This document shows, piece after piece, positions 10,474 through 19,658 of a stretch of DNA of 64,000 nucleotides; the stretch's first letter is position 1, and the number at the start of each line of letters is the position of its first letter. Origin of the DNA: Clostridia bacterium (lineage in GTDB: Bacteria > Bacillota > Clostridia > Oscillospirales > CAG-382). Made by a program: the position numbers and the translations under genes. The stretch lies in the NCBI GenBank assembly GCA_017397805.1, contig JAFQHW010000010.1, forward strand, positions 2,069 to 66,068. Direction: 5' to 3'. The notes beneath the pieces were generated by a model. The model did not search any database. It saw only the letters and a program-made list of their open reading frames with translations, and was not told the DNA's origin.

Positions 10474-12621
10474 TTATTTTCCGTTTCGTATCTCTTTCTC
10501 TGCGGAATTAAATATTTCCTGCGCGGCTTCAGTGCTTACTGCCTCAGCAAAGAGGCGGAATCCACCGCCGTTAAGGGGAATAACCGTTACGCTTCCGCGC
10601 TTATAATGAAGCATTACCCCTTCACCGCCGCGGCCAACGGTGCCCTTGTTATGCAGTCTGTCCATGGTTTCCGCCTTCATATCCTCGTCGCAAATGCAAT
10701 TTTTTGATTCTATAACACGCTTGGGGATTTCCCCGTAAAGCTCCGACACGGTCTTTTTAAGCTTTAGGGAGCTTTCCAAGGCTTTAAGCACCAAGGCGTT
10801 GCCGTCAAAGCTCCAAAAACAGCGGCTTGCCGCCTCACGGCTTCTGCCCGTGGCTTCGCCGTAAAATACTGGCTTACAGCCTGATTTTTCTACCGCTTCC
10901 TCCACGAAGCGAGGACATAGAGTGGGCAAAGCCACCTCCCCGTCGGCACCCTTGGCGGCGATACATAAAAGTGACCAGAATCCGCACTCAGTTTGGTCGG
11001 ACAAGCGCGCCTCCGCGTATAATCCGTCGGCGGAAACGAAAAATACGTCTCTGTCACTACCCGTACCGTATTCCACCTCGGCACCCATTTTTGAAGCTAC
11101 CGAATATAAAAATTCCGAGGCGGGATTCTTATCCCCAACGTAAAACTTTGCCCCTCTGAGGCTTTCCACCGTATGGGTAAGACGGGCGGCATAGCGGAAT
11201 TTTGGCGCGTCGTCACCGTCAAGTGTCAGTATTTCACCTGCGGAAACGGTACTGGGTACGGGACGCGCCAATGCCGCCTCCAAGGCGCGCTCCTCCTTAC
11301 CCGTAGGGGGCAGACCGTCACCGTCAAAAACGGTAATATGGGCGATGCCGTTGTTAACACCCACCACCACGGAATAAGAAAGACCGTATTCCACTGCGGA
11401 AAAGGATGCCAAGGCACCAAAACCCTCCCCTAAATCGTAGGCTCTGCCGCCGTAGATACGCACACCGCACAGAATACTGTCGGAAAGCGCCTTGGCTTCA
11501 CTGCTTCCGTCGGAAAAAACGCCGATGGCAGAGCCTGCACCGGCGGTATAAGCCAAGGCACCGCCTAAGCGTGAAGTCAGCTCACCGCCTATATAACTGC
11601 CGTATTTGCCGCTTATTTTGCCACCCTCTATATGTCTTTTTCTTATATCACCGAATATAACGCTTCTCATTACTCTCGTCCCCTTTTCTATCATCAGTCC
11701 CGATTTAAGCACCGTACCGCCTGCAATATAGGCGCCGTCACCGATGACCGTACCGCCGCCGATAACGCACCCCATACCTATAAACGCACCCTTGCCTACG
11801 TGCACGTTCTCGCAAAGGATACTGCCGTAAACGGCGGCACCGCTTTCCACGAACGCGCCGTCAAAAAGGATGGCGCCCTCCACTGCCGTATCCTGCTCGT
11901 ACTCACTCTTGCCGAAAAGCACGTTTTTGACCTTGCCCGCCTGTCTGAAGCAACAGTTATAATAGCTTTCTATATCACCTATATCGCACCAATAGCCTTG
12001 CTCCTCTATACAGTGGAGGGGTATCCCCTCTGCCATCAGCCGCGGAAACAGGTCAGCGGCAAAATCCCTCTGTCCCTCGCCGATAAAGGGCAATATTTGG
12101 GGCGAAAGCACGTAAATGCCCGTGCTGACCAGATTGGTAAGGGTTCTGCCCCAGGAGGGTTTTTCCACAAAGCCTTGGATAATACCGTTTTTTACATAGA
12201 CGGTGCCGTATTCCGTGGGATGGCTTACGCGCTTGCAGACGATGCTGAGAACTGCGCCCGAAGCCTTGTGGCGCTTCATAATCTCGCCGAAATCAAAATC
12301 GCAAACGGTGTCACCGCTGACTACCAAAAAGCAGTCGTCAAAGCCTGCGGCGGCGTTTTTTACGCAACCGGCGGTGCCCAGCGGCATATTCTCCCTGAAA
12401 TATTTAATTTCCGCACCCTGCACGGGATAGGCTTCGATTTGCTCTGCCTTGTACATGGTGGCAACGGATATTTCCTTCGCCCCCGCCGCCGTAAGCTGTT
12501 TTATCAGCTTTCCGTAAACGGTGCCGCCCTCTATGGGCAGAAGTGGTTTTGGGCGGGTTTCGGTAATGGGTGATAATCGCTTGCCGTAGCCTCCCGCAAG
12601 CACAACCGCGTATTTTAACAA
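10474..12621 (-). CDS. Sugar-phosphate nucleotidyltransferase fused to a left-handed beta-helix and a PGM/PMM-like C-terminal region
   Basis: N-terminus (M)LKYAVVLAGGYGKRL...TRPKPLLP is an NTP_transferase. Hexapeptide repeats GAFIGMGCVIGGGTVIGDGAYIAGG follow. The C-terminal half resembles phosphomannomutase architecture. The track start at 12696 is a TTG inside a terminator hairpin. I prefer the TTG at 12619-12621, which has an AAGGGAGG RBS 10 nt upstream. Confidence 0.8.
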   Translation of the reverse strand: MLKYAVVLAGGYGKRLSPITETRPKPLLPIEGGTVYGKLIKQLTAAGAKEISVATMYKAEQIEAYPVQGAEIKYFRENMPLGTAGCVKNAAAGFDDCFLVVSGDTVCDFDFGEIMKRHKASGAVLSIVCKRVSHPTEYGTVYVKNGIIQGFVEKPSWGRTLTNLVSTGIYVLSPQILPFIGEGQRDFAADLFPRLMAEGIPLHCIEEQGYWCDIGDIESYYNCCFRQAGKVKNVLFGKSEYEQDTAVEGAILFDGAFVESGAAVYGSILCENVHVGKGAFIGMGCVIGGGTVIGDGAYIAGGTVLKSGLMIEKGTRVMRSVIFGDIRKRHIEGGKISGKYGSYIGGELTSRLGGALAYTAGAGSAIGVFSDGSSEAKALSDSILCGVRIYGGRAYDLGEGFGALASFSAVEYGLSYSVVVGVNNGIAHITVFDGDGLPPTGKEERALEAALARPVPSTVSAGEILTLDGDDAPKFRYAARLTHTVESLRGAKFYVGDKNPASEFLYSVASKMGAEVEYGTGSDRDVFFVSADGLYAEARLSDQTECGFWSLLCIAAKGADGEVALPTLCPRFVEEAVEKSGCKPVFYGEATGRSREAASRCFWSFDGNALVLKALESSLKLKKTVSELYGEIPKRVIESKNCICDEDMKAETMDRLHNKGTVGRGGEGVMLHYKRGSVTVIPLNGGGFRLFAEAVSTEAAQEIFNSAEKEIRNGK

Positions 12622-12688
12622 AAGACTTGCGCCTCCCTTTATGGTTTGAGATAAGTTTTTGCAAAATTCTACAATTTTATGCACAAAA

Positions 12689-13019
12689 AATCCCAAGTGC
12701 TCGTTTTGAACACTTGGGATTTCAGACCGCTGACAAAGGCACAGAACACGAAAAAGAAAAAATACTACTATTTTAAGGTAGAAAATTCAGGGGAAATCCC
12801 TGAATTTTCTGCTTTTTATTATAGTTTTTCGTTCAAAACGAACCTCGGCTCACAGTACCGTTCGGGGTCCCCGTTACGAACGAAGTGAGTAATGGGGTGG
12901 CATAACAGCTATCGCCTCGGTTCGTCTTGTCTGCACTCTTTCTCAGCACTCTGCCAAGCTGATGACAAACTTTGTCATCAGCTTGAAATCCCAAGTGTTC
13001 GTTTTGAACACTTGGGATT
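12689..13019. repeat. MITE-like non-coding element, copy 1 (core 12723-12986) bracketed by two copies of a 33-bp terminator hairpin
   Basis: The hairpin aatcccaagtg(c/t)tcgttttgaacacttgggatt occurs at 12689-12721 and 12987-13019. The core is about 95% identical to 61412-61636 in its left 40 bp and right roughly 115 bp. No reading frame is conserved. Confidence 0.75.
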
Positions 13020-13035
13020 TTTGAATTGTTATATC

Positions 13036-14547
13036 TTATTTGCTTGCTTCTTCGCTTGTATCTTCTGCGTTGTTATCGCTTAAAGCTACAACCTTATAAG
13101 CGTCCTCGCCGCCGAAGGCTTTAAGGGTGGGCATAAAGTTCTTTCTTTCCTCTTGGATGCCCTGAAGGGTACCTGAGGTGTTAAACATTGTACTGTAGGT
13201 GTAGAATACGAAGCCCTCGTTATTACCGGTGGTTTCCAAGAACTCAAGCTGGCGCTTGGTAACGTCCTTGTTGGTAGCGTATTCCTTAAAGGCTTCCTGA
13301 CCGCTGTCCTTTATTCTGTAGATACCGATACCGATTATAAGTCTTACGGCATCGCTGGTGCACAAATCCATCCAAGCCTTGGTGCACACGTCGAACTTAC
13401 AGCTGTTTGTGGGATGCTCAAAGCCCCAATAAACCTGAGGAACCAAGTAGTCACAGTAACCCTCGGTGCTGCCCCAGCTATATACGTCTGCAAAGAGCGC
13501 GTTCATGTTGTTGCTTATGTTACCTGCGGGGGAGATACCGAACCAAATGGTTTCGTCAACGGCTTTAACTGCATCGTACATACCCTTAACGAGGCTGTTA
13601 ACCTGGTCAAGACGGTACTGACGGCGGTCCAGCAATTCGTTGCCGGTTATGTTGTATTCTTCCGCAACCTGAGTCCAGTGAGCGTCGTCAAAGCTATCTT
13701 CCATGGTGGGATAGAAATAGTCGTCGATATGTACTGCATCTACGTTGTAGTTGGTGCATATCTCGGTAACACCGTTCCAAACGAGCTCTTTGTTCTCCTG
13801 AACGCCGGGGATAAGGTAGTAAAGACCGTCGTATTCGGAAAGGTTGGAAGCTCTCTTAGCCTCGTCCTTATACCACTGAGTCAAGGGGTACTGATCGCCC
13901 ATAATGTTAAGGTTGGGGCCTGCGGTTAAGCGCATGGGATTTACCCAAGCGTGGAAGGAAAGACCGTAGGAGTGAGCTATCTCGATGAATATCTTGAGCA
14001 TATCGTACTCGAACTCGTTACCGTATTTACCTACCGTAAAGTGAGAAGGAGCGTAAAATTCAGAGGGATAGAAGCTATCGCCGTTGGGACGCACCTGAAC
14101 GATTATGGTGTTAAAGCCTGCGTCTGCAATACCCTTACAAACCTTGGTTATCATGCGGGTATAGTTTTCTTCGGGTTTTTGACCGTTACCGCCTTTGTAG
14201 ATGCTGGTCATGCTGAACTGGTCAAGCCAGATACCGCGCATACTTTCGTAGTTGACGCTTACGTATTCGGGGTCGCGCTGTGCGCTGCCGTCGTCAGCGG
14301 TATCGGAGAAGGTGTCGGCAGGTATCAAATGAAGCTTGCTTGTTTCTTCGGGTTGACTGCTTTCGTCATCGGGTTGGGAAATAAGCTCGGAAATAAATTC
14401 GGAAACGTCGCTTACCTCGGTATTTTCGCCTGAAACGTCGGGGGTACTGCTTGTGCCTTCCTCGTTCTTCTTACCGCAGGAAGCTGTGGAAACAACGAAA
14501 GCTAACGCAAGCAAAAGAGCAAGTAAAGCCTTAATTCTTCTTGTCAT
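13036..14547 (-). CDS. GHL10 (DUF187, YngK/DigH-like) glycoside-hydrolase-like lipoprotein, paralog 1
   Basis: 503 aa. Lipobox LAFVVSTASC. Family motifs GFNTIIVQVRPNGDSFYPSEFY, AHSYGLSFHAWVNPMRL, VDAVHIDDYFYP and ISPAGNI...VPQVYW. Confidence 0.8.
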   Translation of the reverse strand: MTRRIKALLALLLALAFVVSTASCGKKNEEGTSSTPDVSGENTEVSDVSEFISELISQPDDESSQPEETSKLHLIPADTFSDTADDGSAQRDPEYVSVNYESMRGIWLDQFSMTSIYKGGNGQKPEENYTRMITKVCKGIADAGFNTIIVQVRPNGDSFYPSEFYAPSHFTVGKYGNEFEYDMLKIFIEIAHSYGLSFHAWVNPMRLTAGPNLNIMGDQYPLTQWYKDEAKRASNLSEYDGLYYLIPGVQENKELVWNGVTEICTNYNVDAVHIDDYFYPTMEDSFDDAHWTQVAEEYNITGNELLDRRQYRLDQVNSLVKGMYDAVKAVDETIWFGISPAGNISNNMNALFADVYSWGSTEGYCDYLVPQVYWGFEHPTNSCKFDVCTKAWMDLCTSDAVRLIIGIGIYRIKDSGQEAFKEYATNKDVTKRQLEFLETTGNNEGFVFYTYSTMFNTSGTLQGIQEERKNFMPTLKAFGGEDAYKVVALSDNNAEDTSEEASK

Positions 14548-14565
14548 GTTAAAATTCCTTTCAGT

Positions 14566-15936
14566 TTATTGTTCGTTTTTAAGAAGGGGCAAGAAGTTTT
14601 CAAGCTCCTCTGTTATCTTACCGTTATACTCACCGCTGTAAATATCGTACATAGAGCAGTAATCAAACATGATAAAGCCTTCTGCCACGTCAAAATCATA
14701 TGTAAACTCAAGTATGCGCTTGATGTTATCCTTATACAGATACCAACCCGGGTCGCTTTCGGTAAGGGTGGGGCTTACCGTGCGGTAGAGGCCTATGCCC
14801 AGTACCAATTTAACGCTGTCGCATCTTATAAGGTTTGCCCAGTTGATGGAGCATATATCAAACTTCGCAAAATCGCGGTAGTAATCAAAGCTCCAATAAA
14901 CCTGAGGCGCTATATAGTCGATATATCCCGGCTGAGAGCACCAGGTATCAATATCGGCGGAAAGATATCCGCGGTTGTTTTCGATATTACCTGCGGGTGA
15001 GATACCGAAAAGCAAGTCGGGATGGACCGCGTGGATGGCGTCGTACATCCCCTTAACCAGGCTGTTAACGCTGTCGTAACGGAACTGCTTTAAGGTTCTG
15101 CCGTTTGCCAGCTCGTTAAACGCCTTGGTATCAAACTCTTCCGTAACGCCCGAGGGATAGAAATAGTCGTCGATATGGATGCCGTCAATATCGTAGTTAT
15201 TGCATATTTCCACGGCACCATCGATAACCAACTGCTGAACCTCTTCATAGGCAGGGTTTGCGTAATATCTGCCGTCGATGGCGATTATGTAATCCCCTTC
15301 CTTGTTGTTGAACCATTCCTTGATAGCGTAGTTATCGGGGACGGACACTATCTGGCCGGCCAGAAGCAGTCTGTAAGGGTTAAGCCAGGCTTGAAGCGAT
15401 ATATTGTGCTTATGAGCTATATCACAGAAGATCTCCAAGGGGTCGTACTCAAAAACGCTGTCGTAATCGCTTACCGCGTAGCGGGAGGGCGGATAAAGCT
15501 CAGAGGGATAAAAACTGTCCCCATGGCCTCTCACCTGCAAGAACAGAGTGTTGTAGCCGTCCCTTTCCAAGTTAGAGCAGATCTGCTCCACCAATCGGGT
15601 ATAATCGGCTTCATCTCTTTGCTTGCCGCCGCTGCGGAACAAGCACTCGGCACTGTACTGATAAAGCCAAATGCCCTTCATATACTCGTAGTTAAGCGGG
15701 GTGTGTCCTGTAGGCATCGTTTTCTCCTCGTTACTTTCTTCCGTACCCTTGCTTTCCTCAAGGCTTTCCTCGCCGCTTTCCTCTTGGGGTACGGCGCTTT
15801 CCTCGCGGATTAACTCGGATGACGCGTCCTCCAAAGCAGAGTCTGCACCGCCCTTTGCTTCCTTTTTACAGGAAGCAAGGACGGATAAAAGCATAACGCA
15901 TACTAAAAACAAGGATAGAAGTCTTTTAATGTTCAT
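14566..15936 (-). CDS. GHL10-like lipoprotein, paralog 2
   Basis: 456 aa. Lipobox LSVLASC and the same motif set (GYNTLFLQVRGHGDSFYPSELY, IDGIHIDDYFYP, APQVYWSFD). Confidence 0.8.
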   Translation of the reverse strand: MNIKRLLSLFLVCVMLLSVLASCKKEAKGGADSALEDASSELIREESAVPQEESGEESLEESKGTEESNEEKTMPTGHTPLNYEYMKGIWLYQYSAECLFRSGGKQRDEADYTRLVEQICSNLERDGYNTLFLQVRGHGDSFYPSELYPPSRYAVSDYDSVFEYDPLEIFCDIAHKHNISLQAWLNPYRLLLAGQIVSVPDNYAIKEWFNNKEGDYIIAIDGRYYANPAYEEVQQLVIDGAVEICNNYDIDGIHIDDYFYPSGVTEEFDTKAFNELANGRTLKQFRYDSVNSLVKGMYDAIHAVHPDLLFGISPAGNIENNRGYLSADIDTWCSQPGYIDYIAPQVYWSFDYYRDFAKFDICSINWANLIRCDSVKLVLGIGLYRTVSPTLTESDPGWYLYKDNIKRILEFTYDFDVAEGFIMFDYCSMYDIYSGEYNGKITEELENFLPLLKNEQ

Positions 15937-15966
15937 TAACGTAAGCTCCTTTCGGGGCGATGGGAT

Positions 15967-17892
15967 TTACCAATCTTTTACCATACCTATGTAGTTGGCA
16001 ATCTCCTGAGAGAAGGCGGAAGAATAACTGCCAACGGTTGTATTGATATTATATGTGCTTTCATACTTGAAAAATACCCAACCGGAAGCTCTGTCGTGAT
16101 TCTTTAGGTAGGTAAGCATACGGGCGATGTTATCCTTGCGGTTATACCAACCGGGGTCGGTCTCGTTGTAGGAAGCATTATTTTCTGCTCTGTAGGTAGG
16201 TATGCCTATAATCAAGTCAACCTCATCGGCGGTACACATTGCCGCCCAGTTTTCGGTACATACGTCAAATTTTGCAGGGTTCCATGAATAATCAAAGCTC
16301 CAATAAACCTGAGGACAGATATAGTCCACGTAACCGGGAGTGGAGCACCAGGTTTTTACGTCTGCGCAGAGGTAACCGGTCTGGTTGTTATCGATGTTAC
16401 CCGCGGGGGAGATACCGAATATCAAATCGTCGTTATACTCGTGCATTGCGGAGTAAATGTCACGCAACAAGGTGTTTACCTGCTGACGGCGGAACTCTTT
16501 TCTTACGGAAAGGCTGGAAGCGGAGCCGTAAGAGGAGCCGTAAAGGTTAAACGCCGCCTGGTCGAAGGCAAGGTCTGTGGATTCGGAGTCAATGCTTACG
16601 TAGAAATAGTCGTCGAAATGGATACCGTCTATATCGTAGTTTTCGCAGATCTCCATAACGCCGTCGATAATAAGCTGTCTTGCTTCGGGATAAGCGGGGT
16701 TAAGATAATACTTACCGCTTACGTTTACTATGTAGGTGCCGTTTTTTGAGCTGTCGTTATACCACTGTTTAAGGGTGAACTGAGAATTTACTGCGCTTAA
16801 CTGAGAGGAGGACATAAGACGCATGGGGTTAAGCCAAGCGTGTACGGAAATATCCTTCTCGTGTGCTATCTCCAGGAACACCTCTAAGGGGTCGTATGCA
16901 AAGGCGCTGTTGGTACTGCCGTAGCTTGTACCGCTTACTGCGTAAGGCGAAGGAGAGAAGTACTGAGATGGGTACAAAGAGTCGCCGTTGGGACGCATCT
17001 GAAGCAGAACGGTGTTGAAGCCGTCCTTAACCATATTGTCAACTACCGTCTGTACGTACTGTCTGTAGGAGCTTTCGCTTCTCTGAGAAGTACCGCTTTT
17101 GAACATACCGCCGGAAGTATAGTACTGGAACAACCATACACCCTTCATTCTGTCATAGTTGAGGGGCATATACTTAGCGGGTGCGGTAACTACTACGGTA
17201 ATCTTAGCGCCCTCGCCCGCCTTGGTGCCGGCAGAGGTCTTTTGGTACACTACCTGACCGGGAGTGCCTTCGGAAACGTAACGCACGTCTGCAACGAATC
17301 CCGCGCTTTGCAACGCTTGCTCTGCTTCTCTTTCGGTCATACCGCTGAGGTTGGGAACGGAAGCGGTAGAGGGTGCGCTTTGAACCAAAAGCTGGCAAGC
17401 CTCCAAGTGCTTGATGGTGAGATAGTCGGCAGAGGACATAATGCCGTCGCCCGTAAGCTCAGCCGCCAACGCCTCAAGGGCGGAGGAAGACCTGGCGTTA
17501 ACCAAAATAGCTTTTGCTATCTCTACGTCGTTATTATCCGTTGCGCCGTCGCCCGTGGTATCACCCGTTACGACTACGGTAACGGTAACACCGTTTACGG
17601 TAACGGTACAGCCTGTGGTAAGCTTTTCCGCAGAGGAAAGCGCGGCGCCGCTTTTGCTTTTAACGGTTATTGCGGTGGTGCCGTAGTAATAAGCAAGCTC
17701 GGCAACGGTGGTGTTGACCTCTACACCCTTCAAATAACTACCGTCCAAGGTGTAGGGGCAACGGGAGGGCATATAGAACTCGCTGTCGGCGGCGGAAACA
17801 GTTACGGTGCTTTCAGCCTCCGTGGGGAAGTAAAAACCGCCTACGGCAAATACGAATGCCAATACTAATGCTAAAAATCTTTTGGTTTTCAT
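15967..17892 (-). CDS. GHL10-like secreted protein with dockerin-like repeats and a PASTA domain, paralog 3
   Basis: I prefer the start at MKTKRFLALVL (GGAAGGAG RBS). Dockerin-like repeats are GDTTGDGATDNNDVEIAKAIL and LTGDGIMSSADYLTIKHL. PASTA-like segment VPNLSGMTEREAEQALQSAGFVADVRYV...AKITVVV, then the GHL10 catalytic region. Confidence 0.8.
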   Translation of the reverse strand: MKTKRFLALVLAFVFAVGGFYFPTEAESTVTVSAADSEFYMPSRCPYTLDGSYLKGVEVNTTVAELAYYYGTTAITVKSKSGAALSSAEKLTTGCTVTVNGVTVTVVVTGDTTGDGATDNNDVEIAKAILVNARSSSALEALAAELTGDGIMSSADYLTIKHLEACQLLVQSAPSTASVPNLSGMTEREAEQALQSAGFVADVRYVSEGTPGQVVYQKTSAGTKAGEGAKITVVVTAPAKYMPLNYDRMKGVWLFQYYTSGGMFKSGTSQRSESSYRQYVQTVVDNMVKDGFNTVLLQMRPNGDSLYPSQYFSPSPYAVSGTSYGSTNSAFAYDPLEVFLEIAHEKDISVHAWLNPMRLMSSSQLSAVNSQFTLKQWYNDSSKNGTYIVNVSGKYYLNPAYPEARQLIIDGVMEICENYDIDGIHFDDYFYVSIDSESTDLAFDQAAFNLYGSSYGSASSLSVRKEFRRQQVNTLLRDIYSAMHEYNDDLIFGISPAGNIDNNQTGYLCADVKTWCSTPGYVDYICPQVYWSFDYSWNPAKFDVCTENWAAMCTADEVDLIIGIPTYRAENNASYNETDPGWYNRKDNIARMLTYLKNHDRASGWVFFKYESTYNINTTVGSYSSAFSQEIANYIGMVKDW

Positions 17893-17921
17893 AAAATAGC
17901 TCCTTCCGAAGCGTGGTGTTT

Positions 17922-19436
17922 TTACCACTCTTTAATCTTACCTATATAGTTGTCTATTTCCTTGGAGTAGTTGGTTGCGTAGCCGCCGGTGAACAGATTA
18001 TAGGTATTACCGTAAGCGAAGAAGATAAAGCCTTCAGATCTGTTGTGAAGCTTTACGTAGTCAAGCATTCTTGCTATGTTGTCATCATAGTTTTTCCAAC
18101 CCACGTCAGAACCGGAGGGTGCGGAGTTAGAAGCCAGATAGGTGGGGATACCGATGTACAGCTTCACGGAGTTTGAGGTGCAAAGGTTTGCCCAAGCGCT
18201 TACGCAGTTATTGAACTTGGAGGAGTAGGTGGGATGGTCAAAGCTCCAATAAACCTGAGGACAGATATAGTCCACGTAACCGGGGGCGGAGCACCAAGTT
18301 CTTACGTCTGCGCAAAGGTAGCCTGCTGTGTTGGTGGAAATATTACCTGCAGGGGAGATACCGAACACCAAATCGTCGTTATACTCGTGGATAGCGGAGT
18401 AAACGTCCTTTACCAAGGTGTTAACCTGTTGGCGGCGGAAATCCTTACGGAAGGTAAGGTTGGTTTCGGTGCCTGCGGAATTGCCGTAAAGCTCGTAAGC
18501 TTTCTGGTCAAATGCCAAGTTCAAGGATTCGGGGTTTATGTCTGCATAGAAATAGTCGTCAAAATGTACACCGTCAACGTCATAGTTTTCGCACATTTCC
18601 ATAACGCCGTCTATAACAAGCTGTCTTGCTTCGGGATATGCGGGGTTAAGGTAGTAATAACCGTCGTAAGCAACGATATAGGTGCCGTTCTTTTCGGAAT
18701 CGTTATACCACTCACCGAGAGTGTACTTGGTGGGTACGTTTACTATTTGTTCGGTCTTCATAAGACGCATTGGATTTATCCAACCGTGAACGGAAAGATT
18801 CTTTGCGTGTGCTATTTCCAGGAATATCTCCAACGGGTCGTAAGCAAACTCACCGTCGTACGCTACGCCTACGGAAGGAGAGGGGGGATAGATCTCGGAG
18901 GGATAAAGAGAGTCGCCGTTGGGACGCATCTGCAAAATAACGGTGTTAAAGCCGTCACGGCTTAAATTATCCACCATCTTCGTAGCAAGCGTCCTGAAGG
19001 ACTCTTCGCTTCTCTGGGTGCCGGCGTTGTTGAAAAGACTGCCTGCGGAGAACTGGTCAACCCAAACGCCCTTCATGTTATCGTAGTTTATGGGGCCGTC
19101 AACGGGAGTACTGCTGCCGTTGGGGTCCAGGCTGTCTATCATACCTGCATCGAATTTAAGTATCTGCGCCGCATCAAGGCTGTTAACGGAGCCGTCGCCG
19201 CTAACGTCACCGCGAGTTAAAGCGGCACTGTCAAGGGTGATCATCATAGCGTCGTACTTAAGCACTTGCGCCGCATCAAGGCTGTCCACAGAGCCGTTGC
19301 CGTTAACGTCACCGTACAACACGTCGGCGGCGGAAGCTTCAATGGAAACGCTTTGGGAAGGGAAGCAAAAGCTGCCCGCCAAAACAGCCAAGGCGATAAC
19401 CATGGTCACAAACTTTAAAGCCTTTGTATTTCTCAT
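17922..19436 (-). CDS. GHL10-like secreted protein with an N-terminal type I dockerin, paralog 4
   Basis: Signal peptide, then dockerin repeats YGDVNGNGSVDSLDAAQVLKY / RGDVSGDGSVNSLDAAQILKF, then a GHL10 region very similar to paralog 3. The start is the ATG at 19434-19436 or the TTG at 19442. Confidence 0.8.
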   Translation of the reverse strand: MRNTKALKFVTMVIALAVLAGSFCFPSQSVSIEASAADVLYGDVNGNGSVDSLDAAQVLKYDAMMITLDSAALTRGDVSGDGSVNSLDAAQILKFDAGMIDSLDPNGSSTPVDGPINYDNMKGVWVDQFSAGSLFNNAGTQRSEESFRTLATKMVDNLSRDGFNTVILQMRPNGDSLYPSEIYPPSPSVGVAYDGEFAYDPLEIFLEIAHAKNLSVHGWINPMRLMKTEQIVNVPTKYTLGEWYNDSEKNGTYIVAYDGYYYLNPAYPEARQLVIDGVMEMCENYDVDGVHFDDYFYADINPESLNLAFDQKAYELYGNSAGTETNLTFRKDFRRQQVNTLVKDVYSAIHEYNDDLVFGISPAGNISTNTAGYLCADVRTWCSAPGYVDYICPQVYWSFDHPTYSSKFNNCVSAWANLCTSNSVKLYIGIPTYLASNSAPSGSDVGWKNYDDNIARMLDYVKLHNRSEGFIFFAYGNTYNLFTGGYATNYSKEIDNYIGKIKEW

Positions 19437-19600
19437 AACCAATAAGGATTCCCACCACGCAGAAGGTGAAAAGCAATATCCTGTAAGTATTTGAATACAT
19501 CCTTAGTGCCGTCTGCGTATAATACAGCAGATTGTATCAATTGCATTATAACAGAAGAAAAGTCAAATGTAAAGGGTTTTAAATATAAAAATAAGAACAA

Positions 19601-19646
19601 AAAAAGAAAAAACTTGCGGAAGACGGTTTCTCTCCGCAAGTTTTTT
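19601..19646. terminator. Rho-independent terminator downstream of the GT2 pair
   Basis: Stem ACTTGCGGA/TCCGCAAGT, with A-rich and T6 flanks. Confidence 0.75.
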
Positions 19647-19658
19647 GCAAGGTGATTA

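Noticed and set aside
12622-12696. N-terminal extension of the nucleotidyltransferase (track start at 12696). Similar track extensions occur for dnaN (5712), ferritin (32629), Rrf2 (33637), nth (35454), ychF (47059), the dockerin protein (30833) and the SLH protein (62870).
   Set aside because: The extended starts lack an RBS or fall inside terminator hairpins or repeats. Internal starts give canonical family N-termini preceded by GGAGG-type RBSs.
12955-12992. Hammerhead-ribozyme-like core letters (CTGATGA ... GAAA) at the right end of the MITE-like element.
   Set aside because: CTGATGA is part of a perfect palindrome (gctgatgacaa/ttgtcatcagc) and does not precede an independent stem II. No stem I/III or cleavage-site context can be drawn, so the match is coincidental.
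19443-19600. Roughly 115-nt leader between a TTTACA-17-TATAAT promoter and the first GHL10 gene, considered as a riboswitch (for example c-di-GMP).
   Set aside because: I could not match it to any riboswitch consensus from memory, and only a weak 4-bp stem is evident. It needs an Rfam scan before any claim can be made.
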